Assembly (NCBI GenBank): GCA_951406725.2
Contig: OX597816.1
Location: forward strand, 113,584,001 to 113,648,000
DNA length: 64,000 bases
Origin: Octopus vulgaris
Lineage: Eukaryota
Direction: 5' to 3'
A program made the position numbers and the translations under genes. The notes under the pieces were generated by a model. It was not told the origin of the DNA, searched no databases, and was given only the letters and a program-made list of their open reading frames with translations. Shown in pieces: positions 1-13,225 of this stretch. How positions within the stretch are numbered: position 1 is the first letter of the stretch; every line of letters starts with the position of its first letter.

Positions 1-140
1 GACCTCAGTGTTCAACTGGTACTTATTTTATTGACCCTAAAAGGATGAAATGTTAAGTTGACCTTGGTGGAATTTGAACACAAAACACATAGACAGATGA
101 AATGTTGCTAAGCATTTTACCTGGTGTGCTAACAATTCTG
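1..140 (-). mobile_element. SINE family B fragment (tRNA head, Meta-like domain)
   Basis: Reverse complement matches the near-intact copy at 50251-50482. Confidence 0.75.
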
Positions 141-450
141 AAAAATATTATTGAAAAATATATATAACCAAAGGTTATATTTGCAAACATTACTTTTATA
201 CATACATGTGTACGTATTTATTTATGAAAAGTGATTGCACATAGGCAAACATAGTATGCTAAGTAAATAGTAAGGAGAGACAGCTTTACATGTTTTTGTC
301 CAAATTCCATTCATGAATTCTGCTTTGCTTCATTTATGAGTTAGTAGCAAAAATACCAATGATATAGTGGTATAAAGTTAGTTATACCTCTTCTCCAGAG
401 AAATAATAAGCTTCTATTTATGAAAATAAATTGTAGATAGATTCTTTGAT

Positions 451-636
451 TTGTTTCAGTCATTTGACTGTGGCCAAACTGGAGCACTGCCTTTAATCAA
501 ACAAATCGACCCCCAGACTTATTCTTTGTAAGCCTAGTACTTATTCTATTGGTTGCTTTTGCCAAATCGCTAAGTTACAGGGACGTAAATACACCAGCAT
601 TGGTTGTGAAGTGATGGTCGGGAGACTAACACAGAT

Positions 637-667
<31 letters not shown>

Positions 668-750
668 TGATGAGCTTCTTTCAGTTTCCATCTACCAAAT
701 CCACTCACAAGGTTTTGGTCGGCCCGAGGCTATACTAAAAGACATTTGCC
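451..750 (-). mobile_element. SINE family A (CORE-like), 5'-truncated
   Basis: Matches the full copies at 23921-24320 and 48918-49322; internal (CA)n. Confidence 0.85.
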
Positions 751-2734
751 AGTCATTTTGTTTATATTTTAAATCTTATCACAATAATATCATTTTTTCC
801 TGCATATTAGCATAATGACTTTCCCTAGACACAACAAAATTGTTTTCCCTGTATATGATTATTATTTTTATTTAGTTCAGTACTAAAAAGGATAAATGGT
901 CTCTGTTTATCCTACTATACTAATTTGAGTGACTTGTAACAGTTGTCCATTTGTAATCATTATTTTGTAATTGATGACAAAAAATCATTAATCTCAGTTC
1001 TGATCATTGTACATGTGGTTTATAATTATGAAGAAAGCTTTTTATTTTCATTTACCATTTAGAGAACATATATGGGGTCTGCTTATATTAAACAGTCAAA
1101 TTATTATAGTAAAAATATCTGTAAAGTATTTTCTCCAATATCCAAATTTGTAAAGCTTGTTACCCATTCATATTCATAAAAGTAGATAGAAAACAGTAAA
1201 AATAACTACAGAAAAGAAGCTAGAGATGTCTAAGTATAACATTTCTATAATCCTATACGTATTTTATATACATTTTACTATAAACTAATCCCAACATAAG
1301 TGCTAATCTGAAGTAAAGAATATTTCCTGAGAAAAGTGCATTTTATTTTCAAAAATAGTTTTGATAAATAGCATCTTTTTTCAAAGATAATAATAAAATA
1401 TCTTAGCTTTATTTGAGCTGATCTGATTGTTTTTATTGTTCTCAGTATTATTGATTGCTTTTACTCTATACCTTTTTGATATCTTTATATATTATGATCA
1501 ATAATAATAATTGTTGAAATCAATATATATATCAATTGATTTCACAGATTCATATCTTGAAGCATATCTTGTTAGTTATACTAAACAATAAAATGTTTAT
1601 AAATGTAGTGTATTTGAATGATTTGTAACTTAATCTAAAATTATTATTATTTTAATAATTTTTTGTTGTGAGATTTGGCTCACAAATTTTGGAGATTTTC
1701 TAGCATGTTATATATTCTTTGGTCTTTACTGAGAAGAATATATTACACATTTCAATTAACAGTTCATTTTTTCACTTAAAAAGAACATGGGATTTTTCAT
1801 AGTTTCTCAGATTGAATGTACTAAGAATGCTTCACTCTGGAGTTTTAGGGTGGAATGTTTCAAACATTTTGTCCAAATGTCCAAGCATTCTAATAATTAC
1901 AAATATCAATTATGATATGGCTGGATTTCACAAAATCTACAAAGATCTTAACATTTATCAAGCTGCCTGTTTTCTGACTATTTTTCAAAAATAGATTTAA
2001 AATCCCAAATCAAAGACTACCAGATATATTATATAATAATTGGAAGCTTTAATATCCATTATTTAATCAATTTTACCAATTTTTATAGTTAATCCATTTA
2101 TTTTTCTATTTCATTGATTTCTTGATTCTAAAATTCCAATTTTTCCAAATTTTTATTTTATATATGTTAGAAGAGATAAACTATAGCTCTTTGTGGATGA
2201 AAATGGAATTGAAAGAGAGAGGTGAAAGTGCATGAAATTGATTATATAGTTATTCCATTGTGTTATACCAGCTGTAGTGATTTATGAAATAGTAAACAAA
2301 AGATGATTACTGTTACAGATATGCTAGCTAGATGATGATTTTGTGATCTTATTGCAATTTTTTTTATATTTCATTTGCCAAACAGCTAAAGATTTGGAGA
2401 ATGGATTTACTTTAGATATTTTCATTCTGTTCTTTGGAAATATTTTTTAATCAGATAAATGCAATAAAGTACTGAAGATTAAAACCTATATTTATAGATA
2501 GAAATTCAATACTCTGAATGCTTAAGACTATTGATATTCTTCTAGTTATTCTAAGAAAATTTCATCACAAATGGCAATGCTCATTTTGAATACTTAAAAT
2601 ATCACTTTTATTGTTATTGTTGCTATTATTGTTAAAAATTTCTTGAGCTATTATACATAACTTTTTGTTTATTTCATAATACAAAGAACATGAAATATGG
2701 TAGCTTTGAAGTTATGAAGATTATTTGGTTTTAC

Positions 2735-2959
2735 CTCAGCTTCAATTGTTGAAAAATCATTGAAATAAAGAGATATACAATAAGAATCTGGGCCAGACAG
2801 CATCATTTAAGTTAGTAGTCAACTCAGATTCTAAAGTACTACATGGTACTTGACAAGAAACAGCAGCTGTATTTTAATGTTGCATGCATAACGTTTTAAG
2901 TTTTACTTCTGGTTGTATAAACATTTTATTCCATTTTAAACTTTTTCTCTTGGTGTCAG
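2735..2959 (-). pseudogene. Putative disrupted exon of the minus-strand host gene
   Basis: atatag| acceptor and gag|gtaaaa donor. One frame reads LKWNKMFIQPEVKLKTLCMQH*NTAAVSCQVPCSTLESELTTNLNDAVWPRFLLYISLFQ* with in-frame stops. Confidence 0.35.
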
Positions 2960-3007
2960 CTATATTGTAGTGTTTATGTGTCCCATAAATGTGGGGGTGG
3001 GCACGTG

Positions 3008-3057
<50 letters not shown>

Positions 3058-3176
3058 ATATTTTCATGTAGATTTGTGCCTCACATACCACATGTGTTGA
3101 TTGTGGTGTGTGATGTATAGTAATAAGTCATCACAAATTTATCTACAAATACTATGTGCTTGTTTATTTAACTTAC

Positions 3177-3316
3177 CTTTATGAGACACAGAAACACTTG
3201 AAAATGGCTGATATCATAAGAAAAGGCTAAAACAAGGTAAATTCCATATCACCTGCATTTAAACATTGACTGACTGCATCAGCCTTATAAGTCAAAGAAA
3301 CATAAATTGAGTAAAT
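3177..3316 (-). pseudogene. Putative exon with a 1-nt frameshift
   Basis: ttttag| acceptor and aag|gtaagt donor, 140 nt. Adding one T in gttttag gives the continuous IYSIYVSLTYKADAVSQCLNAGDMEFTLFLAFSYDISHFQVFLCLIK. Confidence 0.5.
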
Positions 3317-3940
3317 CTAAAATTATTCTATTTTTGTCTGTGTCCCTCTCTATATATAAAAATATGTTTGTTTACTTGTTTGTTTTTCTCTTCTCTTACT
3401 TTCTCTCTCTCTCTCACTCTCTCACTCTTTATTTTATTTAGAATGAAAAAAAATAATTTGAATATATTATTTGGAAATCACAATTAATTAACTGCTGCTC
3501 TATACTGATGGAGCATAAAAATGTAGAAAGAGTCCATTTGTTGATATAGATGCAGAAGAAATATGAAATATTAAGTATATTTAAATTTAAGTGTATAAAC
3601 ACATTTAACATGATGAGTAATTTAAAAAAAAATTGAAATAAACACATTTTGCTGTTTACTTGCTTATCTTTTTACCATGAAAAATAGACAACCAATCAAC
3701 AAATTGCCTTTAGTTTAAATTTTACTTCATACTTGCCAAACACATTTTATCTCTTTGCGGATAAAATGAAACATTTCCTGAATCGTAATATTTGCTATAT
3801 TTAATGAAAAATCACAGTTTAGAAACTTAGTTGTTAATGTGTTTAACTATTTGATACAATTTCACTATTAGCCTATGTTGTCAGCCTTACTATATCTCAA
3901 TAATTATAACAATATTGCATAAAGCTAAATTGATACAGAG

Positions 3941-4317
3941 TTATTACCTACTCCTTAGCAAAGGCAGAGGTATTGTTTTCAGTCAGGTTTGTTTATTTGT
4001 TTATTTGTCCATGGACAAGATATCTCAAGAACTGCTGGATGGATTCGAATGAAACTTTCAGGGATGTTTGGCCTCATGATTGGTATGAACTAATTAGATT
4101 TTAGGATTGATCGCATACCAGACAAAGATTCTGGATTATTTTTCTGACTTTTTTACTTAATTTTTGAGAGCAGTCAAGTTCATTTTTAGTATTCTCATTT
4201 GAGAGAGCAGTCGAGTTTATTCCAGAGATTTTCATTTAAAAAATCATCTCTGGCTAATCATTGACAGGACGTTGGTGTTGCCTTGGTGAAGGTTTGCACT
4301 CTCTGAGAGCTCTTGTT
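3941..4317 (+). mobile_element. Non-autonomous Helentron/HINE-like element
   Basis: Starts ttattacct..., has an internal (TTTG)-like tract and ggatt..atgaaactt motif, and ends ccttggtgaaggt + gcactctctgagagc hairpin + cttgtt. This is typical HINE/DINE architecture. Confidence 0.6.
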
Positions 4318-4638
4318 CTAATATGCATTAGGAACAATTTTCTGTATGAGCCATATTGTGTGGAAACTAATATGATAAAAATATAACTGAATACAAATTT
4401 CTTTGATACTAGGATGATTTTATAATTAAAACTACATACTAAATTTATATACTTTTTATCAGAACTTTAGTCAATTTAAAAACTTCAGAATACTTTAATC
4501 ATCTACAAGTCCTAAATATGATGTTACTGTAATCCTCATGTCTCATTTATAAAATTATCGCAATCAGTTAAAAGCCACATTCTTTGAAAATATTTTACTT
4601 GAATTCTCCAGCTATGTTTAAACATTTATTACATTCTA

Positions 4639-4780
4639 TTGTGTCTGGGGAGAGTCATTTTCTTTTTGTGCCTTATAATTTAACACACTCACTAACTAAT
4701 AAAATTTCCACTTATTTCTTATACCAGTGAGTGTGTTAAATTATAAGGCACAAAAAGAAAATGAATCTCCCCAGACACAA
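4639..4780. repeat. Fold-back inverted repeat (55-bp arms, 32-nt loop)
   Basis: 4639-4693 versus the reverse complement of 4726-4780: 54/55 identical. Confidence 0.95.
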
Positions 4781-6013
4781 CAAAATATGCTTCAACACAT
4801 GAACTCATATAAAGAATCTTGCAAATCAAATCCAAAAGCGAAATATTTATTACATTTTCTATCAAATACTCATCACCCACACTTTACAGAATTCCTATTA
4901 AGCACTTTGAAATTTTGCATCACCACTTTAATCCAAAAGCTATATAGGGCTCTAGATTTTAATCTTATTGGGAGTAACAAAGAAATCTATGGAAGAAAAT
5001 AGTTTATTAATTCTAGCACAGCCCTCAAATAATTCTTTGAAATACAATACATATGTATTTCTGCATCTGCTATATAAAATGTGCTTTTACATAGGAGTTT
5101 TCTGTTTCTTTATGTTATTCATATGGCTTGAGCAAACCACTTGATAATTCCTTAATTAAATTAATTTTAAAGCTATTTTAATCTATTAGCTTATCTCTAC
5201 TTTACAACAATGGGAAAATATGGGTGGCAAATTTACTTTTCATTTGTCAATTCAAACTTTAATTTGACAGCATTTCATTATCTATAGCTTAGTAAGCACT
5301 AAAGAGACTAGAGCAGATACTAGTTTTTGAAAGTGGTTTATCATAAACAAAAGTTATGGAAATAAATTCAGTTAGCAGTTTAGTATACAAGTGTTTATCT
5401 AGGACATTTTTGTATTGCACTTCTCAAGGTAACCACATAGGAATTCAAAACTGAATGTTCTAAGAAGCTATTATAAGTTGATTAATGCAGAAACTTTTAA
5501 TGAACTAATAAAGGTATGTCAATTGAAAAAAAAAAATAATCATGCTTCCCACTTTCTCCCCTGTAAATATTTCAGAACTAAACTGGACAGTGCAGAAAGC
5601 ACAAACATCCCAGACTGTTGTATTGCACTTCACCCTAAATAATGATCAGTCCCTATATGTTGGAATTTACAATATAGTTTGTAGAGATGTTGAGGTATAA
5701 TACATCATCATCATCGTAGAACAGTATATTTATGGGTTGTGCCTAGTTGTTTGGCCCAACAACTTTTTGTTGTTGTGTATACTTGCTTGTTTTAATGACT
5801 TACATTTCAGTTATTTCTTTAATTTCTTTTATGTTTCAGCCTTGAGGCTGTGGCCCTGCTGGGGTAAATTAAAATTTTTTTTTATTTACAAGGAGTAGAA
5901 ACATAAAACGGGTATATTTAATTTTTTAGGCAGTAATAGTAAAACTTAGTATAAAAATAAAGGTCTATGACATTTTTATGCAAATTATTCAAAAGAAAAA
6001 TCATTAATTCTAT

Positions 6014-6136
6014 TAATTAATCAAAATAAGTTCATCTAGTTATAGTTTTCCCACATTCCTCATCTTCTATTGCTAGCTTTCTACAATATTTCTGTGAATA
6101 TTACAGGAAACTAGATGAATTTATTTTGATTAATTA
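6014..6136. repeat. Inverted repeat (28-bp arms)
   Basis: 6014-6041 versus the reverse complement of 6109-6136: 27/28 identical. Confidence 0.85.
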
Positions 6137-6963
6137 TTATAATTAATAATTTCTTAAAAAATTGTCGGAAATAGTCAATATTTAGTCATGAAGTATATTG
6201 TGTAATTTATATTAAAATTTTATAATGTCTACCAAAGCATGTAATATGCTGTTTGTATTGAATTTGGAGGATAAATAGTTATTGATAGAAAAAACAGTTG
6301 ACTTCTATAGAATATATGCTAATATGTATTCTCATTTTAATTACAAAGAATTGAATACTTTCCACTTTAATTTATATCTATAAATTGTTTTATAACTTCA
6401 TTGTACTCTATACTCCATTCTGTAATATTATTAACATTTTATGCTGATATGCTTTAGAAATTATTAATTTGGTATCCATCTTGTTCTCAAATTTCATATT
6501 TTTTTCTTAAAACTCAGAATGAATTTTCTTTGTCTATGACCTTTTAAAAATTTGTGTGTATACTTGCTTAATCTTACTTAAATGCATAGTTGCTTGTTAC
6601 TGTATTATGTCAGTTTTTTGATACCTGTAGGGGTTGGATGATCATTACAAATTTAGACATTCTCAAACTAATGGAAAAAGTGATTTTTTTTTTAACAGTT
6701 ACATATTTTATTCTCTTGTTTACCTCTCAATTATTCCGTTGTGAAGTAGAAATAGTAGATGTAGTCATGCAAGTAATAAGATTACTCACACAAATCTAAA
6801 ACAAACATACAAGCACATGCATATGTGCATGCACACAGACTGGCAGACACACATACACACATGGAGTATGTGGTAGTATTTCTTGGTTCAGTAAACTTCA
6901 ACTTCCTTCCTATTCTTTGTACTACTACTCATGTAAAAAAACTGATTTTCCTGTGTATGTACG

Positions 6964-7120
6964 TCATCACCATCATTTAACGTCCGTTTTCCATACTGGC
7001 ATGGGTTGGAAGGTTTGACTGAAAACTGGTAAATGGGGAGCTGCACCAGGTTCCAATCTGATTTTGCATGGTTTCTATGACTGGATGCCCTTTCTAATGT
7101 CAACCACTCCAAGAGTGTAG
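6964..7120 (-). mobile_element. RTE LINE 3'-end fragment
   Basis: (CAT)n tail followed by ttaacgtccgttttccat...ctggatgccct, same as 47909-48100 and 27300-27520. Confidence 0.8.
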
Positions 7121-7145
7121 GAAGTTTATGTGTGTAAAAATTGTT

Positions 7146-7209
<64 letters not shown>

Positions 7210-7379
7210 AAACACACATACACACATTCAATAATAAGGCATATAAGTTCACTATAATTAGTCTTAGTAAAATATTTGTCCCAAAGTGCTTTACAAATAT
7301 TCATAAAAATGAAAGATTATGGGGCTGCAACACAAGTCAATAAAGTGAAAGAATATATAGGAAATACACAAGATCTTAC

Positions 7380-7461
7380 CTCATAGCAAGATTTTCACAA
7401 TAGAACATATCCTTTTGAGAACTATATCTCTTATCAGGCAATATAAAAAGGTATAATGTCT
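7380..7461 (-). CDS. Putative internal exon (82 nt) of the host gene
   Basis: gattacag| acceptor and gag|gtaaga donor; open in phase 1: TLYLFILPDKRYSSQKDMFYCENLAM. Confidence 0.5.
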
Positions 7462-7824
7462 CTGTAATCAGCAATCACATGGGTTAAATATAAAATTTCC
7501 CTTGGGCAGACATATGTGCTGAAAAATAGATGTCCAACTAAATGAGATTACTTCATATGAAAAACTACTATAAATTGTTCAATATGATCCCTTCTTAGGA
7601 ACATACATACATTTGTATAAGGTGTGGGGTTGTGACATGTAAAAACTAAAGTTCTCAGGATAACAAACTTCATGAAAATTAAATACAATATGACAAAGGG
7701 AATAAGTAAGAACTCATTGAGTCTCTAGATTGTTTCAGTATTTTCTTTCTTGTTAATGTAAGGATCTTATAAATTGTCTCCTTATTAACAATAGACATGA
7801 ATTGTACTGTGCTGGTCAGTTCCA

Positions 7825-8125
7825 GGCACTCTGTCAGTTACGACAATGAATATTTCAGTTGACTCAATCAACAGAACAGTCCGTTCATGAAATTGATGTG
7901 CAAGTCACTGAGCACTCCACAGATATGTGTACCTTCTCAGGAAGATTCAGCACGACACATTAAATGCGGCAAGGCTGGCCCATTGAATTACAAGTACAAC
8001 CCATTTTTGCCAGCTGAGATGACTAGAGTAATGTGAAATAAAATGTCTTGTTCAAGGATATAATTTGTCACCTGGGAAGTGAAATCATGACCTTACAATT
8101 GTGAGCCAAATGCACTTAGTCTCAC
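7825..8125 (-). mobile_element. tRNA-headed SINE with a Nin/Deu-like central domain
   Basis: Reverse complement contains gtggagtgctcagtgacttgcacatcaatttcatgaac (Nin-like, from memory) downstream of a tRNA-like head shared with 41745-42063. Confidence 0.6.
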
Positions 8126-8221
8126 ATACCATCAGTGCTAGTTGGACATTATTACACTGCCAATCTGTATATGTCAACCAAATTATCTCCACATATCTGT
8201 GGAGATCAGTGCTAAGCTTAC

Positions 8222-8402
8222 TCACCATTTTATTTTCATACAATCTTTTTAAAGGCAACGTATTGAAATATATGGTAAAAGTGTAAGCTATTGTTTGTGA
8301 TCGCTTGTATTAACTTTTGTATTTCTAATCTGCATTGTTGTGGTTTTTTAATACACATTCAGCTCTTTCAACTTTAGAAAACAAAGCTTCATACAAATTA
8401 TA
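8222..8402 (-). pseudogene. Putative exon with two in-frame stops
   Basis: aaatag| acceptor and tga|gtaagc (or atg|gtgagt) donor. Reads YNLYEALFSKVERAECVLKNHNNAD*KYKS*YKRSQTIAYTFTIYFNTLPLKRLYENKMV; phase-1 exit is compatible with 7380-7461. Confidence 0.45.
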
Positions 8403-8421
8403 CTATTTACATATGTCTCTA

Positions 8422-8460
<39 letters not shown>

Positions 8461-8555
8461 GCCTGCCTGCCTGTCTGTCTGTCTGCCTGTCTGTCTGCCT
8501 GCCTGCCTGCTTGCCTGCCTGCTTGCCTGCCTGTCTGCATGCCTGCCTGCCTGTC
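8422..8555. repeat. Compound (TCTG)n/(GCCT)n microsatellite
   Basis: Directly visible; source of spurious ORFs at 8335-8895. Confidence 0.95.
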
Positions 8556-8779
8556 TCCATATATATATATATATATGTATGTATGTATGCATGCATATAT
8601 ATATATGTATATATATATCTCTATATATGTACAAACATATACATATGTATTTACATATTATGTATATATATCTTTCTTTCACTTTATATATACTTATCAT
8701 CATCATTATTATCATCATGTAATGTTTGTCGTCCATGCTGGTATGGATTGGACTATATATATATCTACACACATACATG

Positions 8780-8810
<31 letters not shown>

Positions 8811-9563
8811 ATACACACATACACATCCATACACACACATAACCAGTAGTAGTAGCACAACTATTTTTAGCATTAAAAGTGATTTGCCTGCATAACAAAG
8901 TACTCAACGCATTAGAGAGCAGAGTTTAGTATGATGTAATATGTGCATATAAGTGTGTCTGTGTGCATGTCTATGTGTGTGTGTGTGTGTGTGTGTGCAT
9001 ATCTATGTGTGTGTGTGTAAGTATATGATTTTTGACAGAGTACAATGGAACCAGGATGAGGGAAATATGATTACTGAGTTTGTGCTGCTCAGGATAAACC
9101 AATTGTATACAGAAATAATATCATATTTCATGAAATCCACCTAACAAAAAATTAGCTTTATTAAATTTGCTGTTTTTATTTTATGCAAATTGATTTACTG
9201 CTTAAAATGTTAGTTAAAGGTACCAAATTATTATTATTTAATTTAATTGGGAATATTATTTATTAATATGAAAATTTTAATTGGATCTTTTAATCTATGA
9301 TAAATAATTTCACATTTTAACTGCATTGTAAATATATTCCATTTTTAACTATGTAAAATGCACTGAAGGACATGTATACTCTATTCATATTCAAATAAAT
9401 TTACATTATAAATTTGCATTTCCTTAACGAAAATAAAAATCTAATGAATTTAATTCATTTAAGTTCAGATAGGAAGCTGAATTCATACTGTTAATGTAGA
9501 TTTATTTCTGAAAAATATTCTAAATGAATAAGGACATTAGCCATAATAAGATATGTATGTGTA

Positions 9564-9607
<44 letters not shown>

Positions 9608-9639
9608 TGTGTGCATGCAATTTCTGTTGATTAAAGTAA

Positions 9640-10445
9640 TTCAACAGACAACATTTAAGCTGTACCTTGAGATAAAAAGAGCAGATTCTATATGCTAAAA
9701 GTCTTTCTTGCAATCTGACTTGGACATAATGCAACGATGGATTGCTGATTGGCAATTGAAGCTGGCTGTATACAAGTACATCATTATACAGTTTGGAAAG
9801 AAACTCTCAGAATTTATCAATGTCCTTTTACAACTTTAAAACTTTAAAAAGCCTGTGGATGAATGTGACCTAGGTATTATTGTCAACTATGGTTAGTGCT
9901 GGATTAACCCCATTTCTGAAATCATCAAAAGCCTGAAGGTGTTTAATGCCACTCAGAAGGTGTTTAATACCGTTTTGTTTTCTGTTGCCAACTATCAATT
10001 TAAAGCTGTATATGGAGCTATGGTGTATCCATACTTACAGTTTGCATCTCCAGTCAGGAATCTGCATCTTGTCCAAAATACTGATTGAGGTGATGGTGTG
10101 TAGAGATGTTCAACTAGATGAATATCCCTATCTGTCAATTACCATATTTTGAATGTATTGTGTCTTTGTGTATCAACACACTAAATTTTTTACATCTAAT
10201 AGCTGACTTCGTAGAAGCCAACAAAATTATCTACCATCTTTTCAATGACAACTTTAGTCACCTTTTGAATTCAATTTCTCTACCACTTATAGACATGCTT
10301 ATAAAATCAAAAGGCAGCACAATACCCATTCAGAACCTTTTCAGAAACACATCTTTTTACACTCAGAATTGTCAAAGGACAAAATAAACTACTCGCATCA
10401 GTTGTCTGTTGTTAGGACATGACATTCTTCAGCAATTCCATGCTT
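9640..10445 (+). mobile_element. CR1-clade LINE 3' relic
   Basis: Degenerate ORF2 C-terminal motifs: LQSDLDIMQRWIADWQLKL, ECDLGIIV, LPYFECIVSL..LHLIADFVEANKII, RHAYKIKRQH. Confidence 0.75.
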
Positions 10446-10539
10446 GAGAATGAAATGTAGTGCAAGGGTTAGAGTATGTTTCAAAGACATATTTCCATAA
10501 GTACAATGTTCATACCTTATAAGATTCTGTCTGCTATTA

Positions 10540-10740
10540 GAATTTTTTGTTGCTATTTAGCTCTTAATCAGCCCTGATCAAGTAAGCCTATGGTTAGATG
10601 TCTTGATTTTTTTCATTTTTTTTATGAATGTATTAGTGGACTGCATTACCTAATATACTCTTCTTTCTTTAGGAGAGTGATATCTAATTTAAGGACTCAT
10701 TGGTTGCTGTTCCTAGCTGGTTGAGCAACACTATAAAAGT
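10540..10740 (-). mobile_element. Dispersed repeat family E (SINE-like)
   Basis: Similar to 50520-50735 (+) and 63130-63320 (-). Confidence 0.5.
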
Positions 10741-10817
10741 TGTTTCATTGATTGATCATTAGAATATGTGGAGACTAGTAGCGACCTCTATCAGCAAAAA
10801 TCATTTCAATAATACTG

Positions 10818-11021
10818 ATTGCAAATTTTGGTACAAGACCAGCAATTTCTGGGAAGTGGGTGAGTCGATTACATTGATCTCAGTGCTTGGCTGGTACTTA
10901 TTTTATAAAGGCAAAGTCAACCTCGGTGGAATTTGAATGCAGAATGTGAAAATGGATGAAATGCCACTAAACATTTTGCCCAGCATGTTAACAATTGTGC
11001 CAGCTTGCCTGCTTGCCACCT
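10818..11021 (-). mobile_element. SINE family B
   Basis: Matches the reverse complement of 50251-50482. Confidence 0.8.
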
Positions 11022-11049
11022 TTAACCATTAGCTATTTCAATAATATTG

Positions 11050-11263
11050 TTTTCTACTCTAGGCACAAGGCCCAAAATTTTGGGAAAGGAAGCCAGTCGA
11101 TTAGATTGACCCCAGTTTGCAACTGGTACTTAATTTATTGACCCCCAAAAGGATGAAAGGCAAAGTCGACCTCGGCAGAATTTGATATCAGAATGTAAAG
11201 ACAGATGAAATACTGCTAAGCATTTTGCCTGGTGTGCTAATGTTTCTGCCATCTCGCCGCCTT
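11050..11263 (-). mobile_element. SINE family B
   Basis: Near-full copy from tail to the gccatctcgccgcc head; flanked by atttcaataatattg direct repeats. Confidence 0.85.
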
Positions 11264-11866
11264 AACCATTTCAATAATATTGAAAAACAGATAGTATTCA
11301 TGTGCTGTAATAAGAGAATTCTTCTGGTTATTATGTTCCATAGAGATGTAAATTGAAATGTTTTCAAAATAAGCCTTTAATCTATAGTCTAAGGACTCAT
11401 TTGATGAAGTTTTGCAGTTAAATTCATGACTTGTTACTTAGTGGAGATGTAATCAGTAAACCGTAAAAAAAGAACTTAAAAAATTCATATTTTGGATAAT
11501 CAGCATTGAATGAAAAATGATTAATATGTTTAAAAAACAACAGCTACAGTTAAACTTTTGAATGATAGAAACATTTACTGCCATCAAATCATATGTGTTT
11601 CATATTAGCTCAAGCAAGATTTCTTTTCAAAATAAAGCTGATATTAATCCGATATATAAAGTAATGCATGTTTAAAATAATCTTCTGTTTACTTTGATGA
11701 TGGATGCAAAACAAAATTACCACAACTAACAATCTTCTTTGTAACTTATTTCATACAATAATTAAATTTAGCCCAAAACAAAAGATTTGGAAAATTATTT
11801 CTGTTTTTATTATTTCAACATATTCTACTAAACAAAAAAATGTTTATTAAATATTTATATTTTTAA

Positions 11867-13225
11867 ACATTATTGGTCACACATACATAGTATTTACATT
11901 TTATTTATATGCCAAATTTGCTGTGGGATAGCATCTGGGGAAAGCTCCTCAAACAGTGCTGAGTGTTAAAGAACACCTGAGTGTCACAAAGCAGGTGAGA
12001 CAACTCACCTTAGAATTTTTGAGGATAGTAGATACTGATATTTCACCATTATTGTGGTTTATTAATACCATGTACTCAGATTATCTTGAAAGGAAGTGAA
12101 TTGCAGGTTTAGGACTAAACTACAAATAGAGTGAACTCTATTTGCTGATATTCTGCTGCACAGCATGTGAGAGAAAATGAAATTAGGAATCAAAAGCAGT
12201 TCTAGTTATGTGAGCATTATTGGTCGTGCATACATAGTGTGTGTGTTTTGATATACACCAAATTCTCAGTAATTCTGAGGCAGGTGGTCTCGCCTGGTCT
12301 GTGACATTTAAGTGTACTTTAAAACTCAGCATTGTGTGGAGAATTTCCTTGGATGATATTCTGCTGCAATTCTGGCTCATAAGCAAAACACACACACTAT
12401 GCATGTGTCACTTAAAATGTCACCTGGTTTGTGACACTCAGGTGTTCTTTAATACTCAGAACTGTTTGAGGAGCTTTCCCCAGATGCTATCCCACAGCAA
12501 ATTTAGCATATAAACAAAGCATAAATACTATGTATGTGTGACCGATAATGTCACTAGAGCTACTTTTTATTTGTAATTTAGTTTGCTTTCACATATGCTA
12601 TGCTGCAGTACATCAGCAAATAGACTTCACTCTATTTACATATAAGTCATAGACCAGTCAATTCACTTCATTTCAAGATGGTCTGAGTACATGGTATTGA
12701 TCAGCTACAATAATAGTAAAACCATTCATGGTAATTCCAAGATAAGGTGTCTTGTCTGGTCTATGACATTCAGATATTCTTTAACACAGCATTGTGTGGA
12801 GAATTTTTCCTGGATGCTATTCCACTGCAAATCTGGCATATAAACTAAACACATACACTATGTATGTGTGACTGACATGGGATGTACCACAGCACATCAG
12901 CAAATATACTTCACTCTATTTGCAGTGTAGTCCTTCACCAGTAATTCACTTTGTTTTTGAGATGATCCAAGTACATGGTATTGATAAACTACAATAATAG
13001 TAAAATTTTGATATGTCACAATTCACGGTGATTCTGAAATGAGTTGTCTTGTTTGGTCTGTGACATTCAGCTGTTCTTTAACACTCAGCATTGTTTGGGG
13101 AAATTTCCCTTGATGCTAACCCACTGCAAATTTGGTACATAAACAAAACAAATGCTCTACATATGTGTGACCGACAAATGCTTGCATTATTAGAGCTATT
13201 TTTCATTTGTAATTCAATTTTTATT
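11867..13225. repeat. Array of a ~300-330 bp unit: inverted block followed by tandem direct copies
   Basis: ggt(c/t)t(g/a)tgaca anchor recurs near 12296, 12426, 12758 and 13056; 11867-11998 is a close reverse complement of 12420-12551. Confidence 0.9.

Noticed and set aside
5576-5694. Plus-strand 119-nt open segment after tttcag
   Set aside because: Weak donor (gtataa), opposite strand to the other exons, and no recognisable protein.
6724-6795. Minus-strand 72-nt segment with good splice sites
   Set aside because: Stops in all three frames; possibly a decayed exon but not supportable alone.
11867-13225. CRISPR-like array
   Set aside because: Units are ~300 bp without unique spacers, the context is eukaryotic and there are no cas genes.
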